Below, in pieces: positions 1 through 9,765 of a stretch of 64,000 nt of DNA (the stretch's first letter is position 1; each line of letters opens with the position of its first letter). The position numbers and the translations under genes were made by a program. The DNA is from Prochlorococcus sp. AG-363-N16. GTDB taxonomy: Bacteria; Cyanobacteriota; Cyanobacteriia; PCC-6307; Cyanobiaceae. The stretch spans positions 40,594 to 104,593 of the forward strand of contig QCFW01000002.1 of NCBI GenBank assembly GCA_003280135.1, given 5' to 3'. Below the pieces are notes generated by a model. The model searched no databases. It had not been told where the DNA came from and saw only the letters and a list, made by a program, of their open reading frames with translations.

Positions 1-1072
1 TGATAGAGTTTTTGCAGAAATTTTTGGAGCAGAAAAAGCTGCAATAAGAATGCAATTTGTTAGTGGTACGCATGCTATAACCGCAGCTTTATTTGGTGTT
101 TTGAGACCAGGAGACAATTTATTGGCTATTACAGGTAAACCATATGAAACTCTTGAAGAAGTAATAGGAAAAAGAGGCAATGGACAAGGATCATTGATTG
201 AATTTGGTATTAATTATGATGAGATTTCTATCTTTAAAAATGGTCAACTGGATCTTGATATTCTTCTTGATGCTTTGAAAATAAAAAGAAAAATGATTTT
301 TATACAACGAAGTTGTGGATATTCTTTAAGACCTTCTTTATTTATTAAAGATATTCAAGTTATTTGCAAAATGGTACATGAATTAAGCCCAGAAACTGTT
401 TGCTTTGTAGATAATTGTTATGGAGAGTTTGTAGAATTGAAAGAACCTTCTCAAGTAGGTGCTGATTTAATTGCAGGTTCTTTAATTAAAAATCCTGGGG
501 GAACGATTGTTCCTGCTGGAGGATATATAGCTGGTAAAGCTGATTTGGTGGAAAAAGCTTGTTGCAGGCTGACTTCACCAGGAATTGGAAGCCAAGGTGG
601 GTCAGGTTTTGACTTGAACCGATTAGTTTTGCAAGGTTTATTTTTAGCTCCTCAAATGGTTTCTGAGGCATTAATTGGCGCAGAAATAATAAGTTCCGCT
701 TTTTTAAAATTGGGATTTGATGTCAATCCTTTACCCGGTACTGATAGGAGTGATTTGATTCAAGCAGTGTGTTTTGGGAATCCTGAAATTTTGAAAATGG
801 TTTGTTCAGCATTTCAACTTACTTCGCCAGTAGGTTCATATTTAGAACCTATTCCTTCTGGGATGCCAGGCTACAAAAATGACTTAATAATGTCTGGAGG
901 TACATTTATAGATGGTAGTACTAGCGAATTTTCTGCTGATGCCCCATTAATCAGTCCTTATAATCTTTTTATTCAAGGTGGAACCCATCGATCGCATATT
1001 AAACTGGCAGTCACTAAGGCAATTGAGTTACTTATGCAAGCAGGATACGTTCAATTGCCCCACAATAGCTAA
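1..1072 (+). CDS. PLP-dependent Cys/Met-metabolism family protein (aluminium-resistance / YnbB-like), 5' end cut by window edge
   Basis: The frame is open from nt 2 (DRVFAEIFGAEKAAIRMQFVSGTHAITAALFG...), so the ATG at 50 is internal. The 340-aa visible part resembles the YnbB / methionine gamma-lyase-like family by recollection. Confidence 0.7.
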   Translation, partial: DRVFAEIFGAEKAAIRMQFVSGTHAITAALFGVLRPGDNLLAITGKPYETLEEVIGKRGNGQGSLIEFGINYDEISIFKNGQLDLDILLDALKIKRKMIFIQRSCGYSLRPSLFIKDIQVICKMVHELSPETVCFVDNCYGEFVELKEPSQVGADLIAGSLIKNPGGTIVPAGGYIAGKADLVEKACCRLTSPGIGSQGGSGFDLNRLVLQGLFLAPQMVSEALIGAEIISSAFLKLGFDVNPLPGTDRSDLIQAVCFGNPEILKMVCSAFQLTSPVGSYLEPIPSGMPGYKNDLIMSGGTFIDGSTSEFSADAPLISPYNLFIQGGTHRSHIKLAVTKAIELLMQAGYVQLPHNS

Positions 1073-1096
1073 AAAGTAGTATGGTCTATTTTTTCT

Positions 1097-1486
1097 ATGG
1101 CCTTTGATTTTCCTAAACAATTCCGCTTTGCTGATAGCCACGAATACGCTTCTTTAGAGGGAGAGGTTGTTCGTATTGGAATTAGTGAATTTGCTGTTGA
1201 TCAGCTTGGTGACATAGTTTTTGTTGATCTTCCAGAAGTTGGAACTTCGTTGAATCGAGGTAGTGCTTTTGGTTCAGTTGAATCTGTAAAAGCAGTAGAA
1301 GAAATGTTTTTGCCTATTAGTGGTGAAGTTTTGGAAAGAAATGAATTGGTATTGTCTAATCCTGAAGAATTACAAAATGACCCTCATGGGAAAGGATGGC
1401 TATTAGTTCTGCGCCCTTCTGATAAATCTGAAATAGATGAGTTAATGGATTCCGAAGCTTATGGAGCAAAAATAGCAGCAATTTAA
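1097..1486 (+). CDS. gcvH: Glycine cleavage system H protein
   Basis: 129 aa with the lipoyl-lysine motif VESVKAV, located immediately upstream of gcvP. Confidence 0.95.
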   Translation: MAFDFPKQFRFADSHEYASLEGEVVRIGISEFAVDQLGDIVFVDLPEVGTSLNRGSAFGSVESVKAVEEMFLPISGEVLERNELVLSNPEELQNDPHGKGWLLVLRPSDKSEIDELMDSEAYGAKIAAI

Positions 1487-1566
1487 ATTAGTCTATGTAT
1501 CCATTATTTTTTCGTTTTGCTCCATGAAAAGATAAAATCAATTTTTTACAGGTTTCTTCAATTGCA

Positions 1567-4470
1567 ATGGAAGTAAAAGGAAATAATTCACAAAATTTTG
1601 TAGATAGACATATAGGTGTTAATTGCTCAGACCAGCAAGCAATTCTTAAGTATTTAGAACATAATGATCTAAATGAATTTATTGCTTCCGTTATTCCCTC
1701 CCAAATACTGGAGAAAGATCTAGAAAATCAGTCATTGCCTCAGGAAACAAATGAAATTGTAGCTTTGGAGGAATTAAATCAAATTGCTAGAAAAAATGTT
1801 GTAAATCGATCTTTGATAGGACTTGGCTATTATGGGACTTCGACGCCAGCTGTTATTAAGAGAAATATTTTAGAAAATCCAGCATGGTATACAGCTTATA
1901 CTCCATATCAAGCAGAGATTGCTCAGGGAAGATTAGAGGCTTTATTTAATTTTCAGACTTTAATCACAGAACTGACTGGTTTACCTATTGCAAATGCTTC
2001 ATTACTTGATGAGGCGACAGCAGCCGCAGAAGCAATGAGCTTGTCTTTTGCTGTCAGGAAAAATAAGAATGCGAGAACTTTTTTAGTAGATACCTTACTT
2101 TTCCCCCAAACATATGAGATTCTCAAAACTCGTGCTGAGCCTTTAAATATCTTATTGGAACAAGTTGATATTTCTAATTTTTCAAATATTCAAGATGATA
2201 TTTTTGGTTTTCTGATTCAACTTCCAGGTTCTAATGGAAGGCTGTTTGATCCATCCAAGTTAGTTGATGTTGTTCATAAAGTGGGAGCATTAGTTTCAGT
2301 AGCAATTGATCCTTTAGCACAAGTTTTACTTCCTCCAATTGGAGAATTTGGAGTTGATATTGCTATCGGAAGTGCCCAGCGCTTTGGAGTTCCAATGGGA
2401 TTTGGTGGCCCTCATGCAGCTTTCTTTGCCACTCGAAAAGATTTTCAAAGACAAGTACCTGGGAGAATAGTCGGTCAATCAGTGGATAAAAAGGGACAGC
2501 ATGCATTGCGTTTAGCTTTACAAACAAGAGAACAACATATTCGTAGAGATAAGGCTACTAGTAATATATGTACTGCACAAGTTTTATTGGCTATTCTTGC
2601 ATCTTTTTATGCTGTTTATAATGGTCCAGATGGATTAGAATTAATAGCAAAAAGAGTATACAAATATTGTATTCAGCTTCAGTATTATTTGAAACATTTA
2701 GACTATTTTATAGTTTCTGAAAATAGATTCGATACAATCGAAGTTTTTTGTGAAGAAGCACCTCTTGTACATAAACTTGCAGAATCTGTAGGCATTAATC
2801 TTAGAATATTACCTTTATTTTCTTCACGTGATAATTCTAAAGGTTTTGGAATTTCATTAGATGAATTAACTGATGATGATGAAATAAATAAACTCTATAA
2901 TATTCTTGCAACTGCTAAGAATAGGCGAGATAAAATTCCTCCAAACTTCAATTTTGAATTTAAAAAATCCTTGAGGGATATTCCTCTTAGGAATAAACCT
3001 TGGCTAACACAACCTGTATTTAATCAATATAGATCTGAAACAGAGCTTATTAGATATATTAATAAATTGTCTAGTAAAGATTTCTCTTTAATACATGGCA
3101 TGATTCCCCTGGGAAGTTGTACAATGAAATTAAACTCTTCGGCTGAATTAATCCCAATAAGTTGGAAAGAATTTGCTTCAATTCACCCTTTTTCACCGAA
3201 TGAACAATCACTGGGATATCAACAATTAACTAATGACTTAGAAAAATGGCTTGCGACTATAACAGGTTTTAAAGGCGTTTCATTACAACCTAATGCTGGC
3301 TCGCAAGGAGAGTATGCAGGCCTTTTAGTTATTCGGGCATGGCATAAAGCAAGAGATCAAAGTAATAGAAATATATGTTTGATCCCCACAAGTGCTCATG
3401 GAACAAATCCTGCTAGCGCAGTTATGACTGGCTTTAAAGTTGTTCCAATTCATTGTGATAATCAGGGTAATATTGATATTGATGATTTAAACGAAAAGGC
3501 AGAAAAGTTTTCTAAAAGTCTAGGAGCTTTAATGATTACTTATCCGTCTACGCATGGTGTTTTTGAAACCAAGATTTGTGAGATTATTTCTATAGTGCAT
3601 AAATATGGTGGACAAGTTTATTTAGATGGTGCAAATTTGAATGCTCAAGTTGGTCTATGTAGACCAGGTATTTATGGAGCTGATGTTTGTCATTTAAATC
3701 TTCATAAGACATTTTGTATCCCTCATGGAGGAGGGGGTCCTGGAGTGGGCCCTATAGCAGTTGCTAAGCATTTAGTACCTTATTTGCCTGGTCATGTTTT
3801 TCAAAATTTAAATGGATCTCAGCAAATAACTGCAATTGCAGCAGCTCCATTTGGAAGTGCAAGTATTTTACCAATTAGTTGGATGTATATCAGAATGATG
3901 GGTTTGAAAGGGTTGAGTAAAGCAAGTAAGATTGCAATTTTATCTGCTAATTATATTGCAAAGAGATTGGATCCTTTTTATCCAATTTTGTTTAAAGGTT
4001 TAAATAACAATATTGCTCATGAGTGCATTCTTGATTTAAGAGAAATTAAACTAAAGACAGGAATAGAAGTAGATGATATTGCTAAACGACTTATGGATTA
4101 TGGCTTTCATGCCCCAACAGTCAGTTGGCCTGTCGCTGGGACATTAATGGTTGAACCTACTGAAAGTGAAAGTCTTAAAGAATTGGACCGTTTTTGCAAT
4201 GCAATGATTGCGATATGGCATGAGATAAAAGCTATTGAATTAGATGAAGTTGATAGAAATGAAAATGTCTTGAAGTGTGCCCCTCATACATTAGAAGTAG
4301 TTACCTCAGATAATTGGGATAGACCTTATTCTCGTAAACAAGCTGCATTTCCTTTAGAAGATCAGGTGAAAGACAAGTTCTGGCCTGCAGTTTCTAGGAT
4401 AGATAATGCTTTTGGAGATAGGAATTTAGTTTGCACATGCGATCCCATTGATCAATATATTGATGATTAG
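1567..4470 (+). CDS. gcvP: Glycine dehydrogenase (decarboxylating), P protein
   Basis: 967 aa single-chain P protein with [16 protein letters not shown] and the PLP-lysine region [18 protein letters not shown]. Confidence 0.97.
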   Translation: MEVKGNNSQNFVDRHIGVNCSDQQAILKYLEHNDLNEFIASVIPSQILEKDLENQSLPQETNEIVALEELNQIARKNVVNRSLIGLGYYGTSTPAVIKRNILENPAWYTAYTPYQAEIAQGRLEALFNFQTLITELTGLPIANASLLDEATAAAEAMSLSFAVRKNKNARTFLVDTLLFPQTYEILKTRAEPLNILLEQVDISNFSNIQDDIFGFLIQLPGSNGRLFDPSKLVDVVHKVGALVSVAIDPLAQVLLPPIGEFGVDIAIGSAQRFGVPMGFGGPHAAFFATRKDFQRQVPGRIVGQSVDKKGQHALRLALQTREQHIRRDKATSNICTAQVLLAILASFYAVYNGPDGLELIAKRVYKYCIQLQYYLKHLDYFIVSENRFDTIEVFCEEAPLVHKLAESVGINLRILPLFSSRDNSKGFGISLDELTDDDEINKLYNILATAKNRRDKIPPNFNFEFKKSLRDIPLRNKPWLTQPVFNQYRSETELIRYINKLSSKDFSLIHGMIPLGSCTMKLNSSAELIPISWKEFASIHPFSPNEQSLGYQQLTNDLEKWLATITGFKGVSLQPNAGSQGEYAGLLVIRAWHKARDQSNRNICLIPTSAHGTNPASAVMTGFKVVPIHCDNQGNIDIDDLNEKAEKFSKSLGALMITYPSTHGVFETKICEIISIVHKYGGQVYLDGANLNAQVGLCRPGIYGADVCHLNLHKTFCIPHGGGGPGVGPIAVAKHLVPYLPGHVFQNLNGSQQITAIAAAPFGSASILPISWMYIRMMGLKGLSKASKIAILSANYIAKRLDPFYPILFKGLNNNIAHECILDLREIKLKTGIEVDDIAKRLMDYGFHAPTVSWPVAGTLMVEPTESESLKELDRFCNAMIAIWHEIKAIELDEVDRNENVLKCAPHTLEVVTSDNWDRPYSRKQAAFPLEDQVKDKFWPAVSRIDNAFGDRNLVCTCDPIDQYIDD

Positions 4471-4601
4471 TTGTTGCTTGCCACTAGCTTATATCTGATT
4501 TAATAGTTAAATTTTCACCGAATGCCTTTTTTTGGCGTTAACTTCATTGATTAATTGAAATTTTTTTTCTTAATCAAGTACTTCACATCGCTTGGGGACA
4601 G

Positions 4602-4862
4602 ATGGTGAAAGAAATTCTAAGTAAGCAATCATCAGAATTGCGTTGCAAAGAAGAGATCTCTCTTCCTTTTGCTCCAAATAGCCTTGACTTAGCTCTTAGT
4701 AAAGGAAAGTTGATGCAGGTAGATGGTACCAATGTTGTAAGAGTTCCATTTGGAGTGCGTCAGCCCAGAAGAATAAGACCTCAGAACCCTGAAAGATTGG
4801 CTACTTTGGTATTACCATTTCAACCCGTGGGTTCTCCTACACCACCACCACACGCTGCTTAG
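4602..4862 (+). CDS. Hypothetical small protein with Pro-rich C-terminus
   Basis: 86-codon ATG ORF in an otherwise empty gap. The 3' half is visibly GC-richer than its surroundings. I recognise no family. Confidence 0.45.
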   Translation: MVKEILSKQSSELRCKEEISLPFAPNSLDLALSKGKLMQVDGTNVVRVPFGVRQPRRIRPQNPERLATLVLPFQPVGSPTPPPHAA

Positions 4863-4866
4863 TTAT

Positions 4867-6015
4867 TTAGGCTGCAATTTCTGTTGAACTTTTGGTTAGT
4901 ATTTTTTTATAAAAACCTCTTAATTGTTCGGTTGCACTATTCCAGCCCCATTTTTCTGCTTCAATTCGCGCTGCTTTTCTCATTATTTGACGATCAATTT
5001 CATTACCAAGAATTTTTTTAGTTGCATCAATAAGACTATTTGCTCCATCGTTCTCTCCATCAGGTTCATATAAACATCCATTAATTCCATCATTAATAAT
5101 ATCTGGAATGCCTCCTCGATTTGCACCTACCACAGGACACCCTGCAGCCATTGCTTCTAGCAGGACAAGACCAAGGGTTTCTGTGCTTGATGGAAAGAGA
5201 AATGCATCACCAGAGGCATAGGCACTTGCTAGATCTTCTCCTGCAAGATATCCGACAAAAGTAGCTGCAGAATGTTCAAAGACTTTTTCTAATTGTTGTC
5301 TATATGGACCATCTCCAACCAAAGCAAGCCTTGCATCAGGAAGAGCATCAAGGACTGGTTTAATACGCTCAATTTGTTTTTCTGCAGAAAGTCTTCCTAC
5401 ATATATCAATAGTGCTCCTTTGTCATCAAATTTTCCTAGTAATTTTTTTCTCATTGAATCTTTTTTTAATTCAGGCCTAAAACTTTCAGTATCTACACCT
5501 CTTTGCCATAAAGCAGTATTTTGAATTCCTTTATCACTAAGCTCTTTCACCATTGCTGTTGAGGTACACAGATTTAATGTTGCTTGATTATGAGCAGCTT
5601 TAAGTAATTCCCATAGCAGTGGTTCGAGCATTCCCATACCATAATGCTCAAGATATTTTGGTAAATGAGTATGGTAACTAGCTACTAAAGGAATGTTATT
5701 TGTTTTTGCAAGCCAAATTCCACCAAGTCCAAGAACTGCTGGGTTAACTACATGAATGAGATCAGGTTTAAATGTTTCTAGAGTATCTGAAACAGCTGGA
5801 CCTGGAAGACCTAGTTTTAGTTCAGGATAAAGAGGTAATGGCATTGCTGGCACACCAACTACCTTTGCGCCCATATATTCTTTTGGGCAACCTTCTGGAC
5901 AAAAAACAACAACTTCGTCACCAGCTTTGGTTAGATTTTCTACTGTTTTTGTAAGCCGAGTAACTATTCCATCTACTTTTGGAAGAAAAGTTTCGGTAAA
6001 AAAAGCAATCTTCAC
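4867..6015 (-). CDS. sqdX: Sulfoquinovosyl-diacylglycerol synthase (GT4 glycosyltransferase)
   Basis: GT4 fold with FPSSTETLGLVLLEAMAAG (EX7E region), directly downstream of sqdB. I place the start at GTG 6015 (VKIAFFTETFLPKVDGIVTRL matches the usual SqdX N-terminus). The longer ORF to 6120 would overlap sqdB by 68 nt. Confidence 0.85.
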   Translation of the reverse strand: MKIAFFTETFLPKVDGIVTRLTKTVENLTKAGDEVVVFCPEGCPKEYMGAKVVGVPAMPLPLYPELKLGLPGPAVSDTLETFKPDLIHVVNPAVLGLGGIWLAKTNNIPLVASYHTHLPKYLEHYGMGMLEPLLWELLKAAHNQATLNLCTSTAMVKELSDKGIQNTALWQRGVDTESFRPELKKDSMRKKLLGKFDDKGALLIYVGRLSAEKQIERIKPVLDALPDARLALVGDGPYRQQLEKVFEHSAATFVGYLAGEDLASAYASGDAFLFPSSTETLGLVLLEAMAAGCPVVGANRGGIPDIINDGINGCLYEPDGENDGANSLIDATKKILGNEIDRQIMRKAARIEAEKWGWNSATEQLRGFYKKILTKSSTEIAA

Positions 6016-6052
6016 TGCATTTAAGTAATCAATTAGATCATAGACACTTGAG

Positions 6053-7243
6053 TTAATTTTTAATTGCTTTGGCTTGTGTTGAAGTCCATGCCGATACACA
6101 TGGGATTCGCTTTTTATCACACCTGTCTGCCCACTTTTTCGCTACATCCACTACTTCTGTTAATAATCCATCGTCAAGAGTTGTAGGTTTAAGACCTAGT
6201 TCTATAAAACAACGATTATCAACTATCAGATCGTTTTCAACAGCTTCATTTCTTGGATTTGGTAAATAATTGATTTTAGCTCCAGTTAACGCAGCAATTT
6301 TTTTTGCTAATTCTCCAACTTGATGACTTTCTGTCATTTGATTGAAAATTTTGACCCTTTCTCCTTTTAAAGGAGGGTTTTCTAAAGCTAGTTGAACACA
6401 TTTAACTGAATCACGAATATGAATAAATGCTCTAGTTTGTCCACCAGTGCCATGAACAGTAAGGGGATATTCGATTGCTGCTTGCATTAAAAATCTATTG
6501 AGAACCGTTCCATAGTCTCCGTCATAATCAAACCTATTAGTTAGTCTTGGATCTTTTAATGTTGCCTCAGTATTGGTCCCCCATACAATCCCTTGATGCA
6601 AGTCTGTGATTCTTATAAGGTCATTTTTGTTGTAATAAAGGAAAAGTAATTGGTCGAGTGTTTTGGTCATGTGATACACGCTTCCAGGGCTTGCTGGATG
6701 AAGAATTTCTTCTTCAAAGCGAGTTCCGTCAGGTTGGGGGACTTCGACTTTTAAATAGCCTTCTGGGATAGTTGCACCTCTATGGGATCCATAGCCATAT
6801 ACCCCCATTGTTCCTAAATGAACAACATGAATATCTAGTCCCGATTCAACAATTGCTGCTAGAACATTATGAGTTCCATTTACGTTGTTATCAACTGTAT
6901 ATCTTTTGGTGGAACTGCTTTTCATTGAATATGGAGCAGCTCTTTGCTCGGCAAAATGGACAATTGAATCTGGTTTTTCTTCAATTAAGAGATCAAGAAA
7001 TAGTTGATATTCTTTTGAGACATCCAGATTAATAAATTTCATAGGCCGCCCACCGACCTCTTGCCATGCCTTTAAACGCTCGCCAATTGAGCTTATTGGA
7101 GTTAAAGACTCTACTTCAAGCTCAATATCGATTTTGCGGCGACTAAGGTTATCAATGATGAAAACATCATGACCACCTTCGGCTAAGTTGACTGAACAGG
7201 GCCAGCCACAGAAACCATCACCACCAAGAACAAAAATTTTCAC
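6053..7243 (-). CDS. sqdB: UDP-sulfoquinovose synthase
   Basis: 396 aa SDR-type enzyme. The N-terminal Rossmann motif is MKIFVLGGDGFCGW, and sqdX is adjacent. Confidence 0.92.
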   Translation of the reverse strand: MKIFVLGGDGFCGWPCSVNLAEGGHDVFIIDNLSRRKIDIELEVESLTPISSIGERLKAWQEVGGRPMKFINLDVSKEYQLFLDLLIEEKPDSIVHFAEQRAAPYSMKSSSTKRYTVDNNVNGTHNVLAAIVESGLDIHVVHLGTMGVYGYGSHRGATIPEGYLKVEVPQPDGTRFEEEILHPASPGSVYHMTKTLDQLLFLYYNKNDLIRITDLHQGIVWGTNTEATLKDPRLTNRFDYDGDYGTVLNRFLMQAAIEYPLTVHGTGGQTRAFIHIRDSVKCVQLALENPPLKGERVKIFNQMTESHQVGELAKKIAALTGAKINYLPNPRNEAVENDLIVDNRCFIELGLKPTTLDDGLLTEVVDVAKKWADRCDKKRIPCVSAWTSTQAKAIKN

Positions 7244-7306
7244 CCAAAACTCCGGCTGGAAAAAAAAGATTAGATACCCACAATAAAGAAAGCTACTACA
7301 AGCGTT

Positions 7307-7474
7307 TCACTTATTGGTCAAATACCAGCCAAAAATAGTAATTAAAATAATTGCTCCTAAAAATATCAATAGCCTAAATAGCCTTTCAGCACTGGATTTT
7401 GGCTCAATTACCTGAATTGCAGGTTCTTTTGCAAATACATTCAATCTGCCACCACTCTCTTCAGTAACTGTCAT
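7307..7474 (-). CDS. Small single-pass membrane protein (55 aa), not in supplied ORF track
   Basis: Hand translation gives MTVTEESGGRLNVFAKEPAIQVIEPKSSAERLFRLLIFLGAIILITIFGWYLTNK*. It has an ATG start and one clear hydrophobic helix. It fills most of the 310-nt gap between thiG and sqdB on the same strand. Confidence 0.4.
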   Translation of the reverse strand: MTVTEESGGRLNVFAKEPAIQVIEPKSSAERLFRLLIFLGAIILITIFGWYLTNK

Positions 7475-7553
7475 TAAATTTGTTCGTCTCGGCGGAGAAT
7501 ATGAGTTTTATTGGCTGATGTTACTGAATCTTTACTCAAATTCATTTATTCGT

Positions 7554-8354
7554 TCATGAAATTATTCCTTGAGTAGGAGAACTTGGTGTTGCTCTATTCT
7601 TTTTTTGCAACCGCCCTGCCATGAATGCTTTTCGACCTGCTGTTACTGCATGATGCATAGCTTGAGCCATTAGAGGAGGGTTTTTAGCTAATGCAATAGC
7701 ACTGTTTATTAATACAGCATCTGCTCCTATTTCCATTGCTTTAGCCGCATCACTTGGAACTCCTATACCTGCATCTACAATGACTGGTATCTGGGCATTT
7801 TCTATAATGATTTCAATATTGGCTTGATTTCTTAGACCTTGAGCAGTTCCAATAGGTGATCCTAATGGCATGACGGTTGCACAACCAACTTCTTCTAAAC
7901 GTTTTGCAAGTAAAGGGTCTGCATTGATATATGGAAGAACTGCAAAATCTAGTTGAATTAACTTTTCAGCAGCTTTTAAAGTTTCAATTGGGTCTGGTAA
8001 TAGATATTGCTTATCGGGAATCACTTCTAACTTAATGAAATTATTATCTTCTTGTCCTGAGAGTTTTGCTAACTCTCTTCCTAGTAGAGCAATTCTTATT
8101 GATTCATCAGCATTTTCGCAGCCAGCAGTATTAGGTAACATCCAATATTTTTCCCAATTTATTGATTCCATAAGCCCTTGATGAGATCTTTCTCGGCTTT
8201 TTATTCTTCTTATAGCTACTGTTATAATTTCACAATTAGAATTAATTAGGCTTTGGCTCATGTGATTTATATTTTGGTATTTACCTGTTCCTGTAAGAAG
8301 CCTGCTCGTAAATGTTTTGGTTCCTATTGTTAAAGACATTGTGTTAAGACTCAT
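7554..8354 (-). CDS. thiG: Thiazole synthase
   Basis: 266 aa TIM-barrel ThiG family (LLTGTGKY..., [21 protein letters not shown]). Confidence 0.93.
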   Translation of the reverse strand: MSLNTMSLTIGTKTFTSRLLTGTGKYQNINHMSQSLINSNCEIITVAIRRIKSRERSHQGLMESINWEKYWMLPNTAGCENADESIRIALLGRELAKLSGQEDNNFIKLEVIPDKQYLLPDPIETLKAAEKLIQLDFAVLPYINADPLLAKRLEEVGCATVMPLGSPIGTAQGLRNQANIEIIIENAQIPVIVDAGIGVPSDAAKAMEIGADAVLINSAIALAKNPPLMAQAMHHAVTAGRKAFMAGRLQKKNRATPSSPTQGIIS

Positions 8355-8371
8355 TTATTCATTTATATGAT

Positions 8372-8929
8372 TTAAAATCCTTTCTTGTAAACAATATTAG
8401 AAGAATTATTCTGCTTCAGTTTTTTCAATTTTCCTAATTGCCTTTTTGCTGTTTTATTTTTCGAATCTAAATTTAATACTTTTGTGTATAAATCAAAAGC
8501 TTCATCTTCTAGTAATAATTTTTGTTTTGCAAAAGCAAGATTGTTTAATGCAACTGGGTAATCACTTTTTGCTCTAATTGCTTTTTCGTAATGTTCAATA
8601 GCTTCTTTAAAATTATCTTGAGCTGCAAGTGAGAATCCTAAGGCATTTTCAATAATTGCTTTAGCTTCACTTGGCTCTTCTTTGAGATTTTTCAGTGCTT
8701 CTTTTAGAGATACTATTGCTTGTGGGTAAAGTCGTTTTCTTAATTGCACGGAGGCTAATTCATATAGATTTTCTGCATTCTTTGAGGCACTTGAAGCATT
8801 TTTTTCTAGTTTTACAAGATCAATCTCAGCTTTTCTTACTTTGAATAACTGTCTTCCAACTAAAATGGAGATTATTATCAATAGGCTAGTTAACCCTATA
8901 AGATAAGTTTGAGGCATTGAGAATGTCAT
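8372..8929 (-). CDS. TPR-repeat protein with N-terminal membrane anchor
   Basis: 185 aa with an N-terminal hydrophobic segment followed by repeated A..Y..A...P-type TPR units (YEKAIRAKSDYPVALNNLAF). Confidence 0.7.
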   Translation of the reverse strand: MTFSMPQTYLIGLTSLLIIISILVGRQLFKVRKAEIDLVKLEKNASSASKNAENLYELASVQLRKRLYPQAIVSLKEALKNLKEEPSEAKAIIENALGFSLAAQDNFKEAIEHYEKAIRAKSDYPVALNNLAFAKQKLLLEDEAFDLYTKVLNLDSKNKTAKRQLGKLKKLKQNNSSNIVYKKGF

Positions 8930-9062
8930 TTCAATATTTTAAATACTCTTATAAATGTCTATTCTAATTTAGATAATTCATCGCTTAGATGCTCTATTTA
9001 CGTATAATTATTAATAGCGTTTAAATCTTTGATATGGATTATAAAGAGATAAAATATTTTTG

Positions 9063-9410
9063 TTATTTTTTCGATGAAGTCAAAACTGTTTCGAAACTCT
9101 TTGGATCAACAATTGCTAGTTGAGCCAACATTTTTCTGTTGATCCTGACATCCGATTTTTTTAAATTACCCATGAACTTGCTATAGCTAATTCCATTTTG
9201 TCTTGCTGCAGCATTAATGCGAGCGATCCATAATCGACGAAAATCTCTTTTGCGGCGCTTTCTATCTCTATAAGCATTGCAAAGAGCCTTCATAACTCTT
9301 TGATTTGCAGTACGGAATAGGCTGCCACTCCCTCCTTGGTATCCGCGAGCTATTTTGAGAATTTTATTTCTTCTCTTTCTTGCAACATTGCCTCTTTTAA
9401 CTCGTGACAT
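9063..9410 (-). CDS. rplT: 50S ribosomal protein L20
   Basis: [19 protein letters not shown]... is a canonical L20 N-terminus. 115 aa, downstream of rpmI. Confidence 0.97.
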   Translation of the reverse strand: MSRVKRGNVARKRRNKILKIARGYQGGSGSLFRTANQRVMKALCNAYRDRKRRKRDFRRLWIARINAAARQNGISYSKFMGNLKKSDVRINRKMLAQLAIVDPKSFETVLTSSKK

Positions 9411-9467
9411 GACTTAAAACAAAAATGGTTTGTGTGATTTAGGGAATTCTGTTAATAAATGCCTAAT

Positions 9468-9665
9468 TTAACTGTATGGAAGCATAAGAGCAACGTTTTC
9501 TGCATCTCGCTCATCTACAACAGCTTTTGTTGAAAGATGTCGTTTCAGTTTTGAGCTTTTATGATCAAGTAAATGATTTTTAAAGGCTCTGCGACGTAAA
9601 AATTTGCCAGTGCCAGTAACTTTGAACCGCTTAGCGGCTGCTTTGCGAGTTTTTAGTTTTGGCAT
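9468..9665 (-). CDS. rpmI: 50S ribosomal protein L35
   Basis: [22 protein letters not shown]... is canonical L35. 65 aa. Confidence 0.97.
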   Translation of the reverse strand: MPKLKTRKAAAKRFKVTGTGKFLRRRAFKNHLLDHKSSKLKRHLSTKAVVDERDAENVALMLPYS

Positions 9666-9765
9666 CTCTTTGGCAAACTATTAAATACAATCCTATAGAT
9701 TACTTCCTGAAGCTACCTAAAGCAAAATTAGGTTGAATTTCTTTTCTTAATTGCTTACTTAAACG

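Noticed and set aside
1076-1089. GTA-N8-TAT sequence resembling an NtcA box just upstream of gcvH.
   Set aside because: The 3' half-site is not the canonical TAC. It lies only about 8 nt from the start codon, far too close for an activating NtcA site at about -41.
1487-1566. Searched for a glycine riboswitch ahead of gcvP and gcvH.
   Set aside because: The spacers are short (80 nt and 24 nt) and AT-rich. They lack the conserved GGAGAG…CACCG-type cores I would expect.
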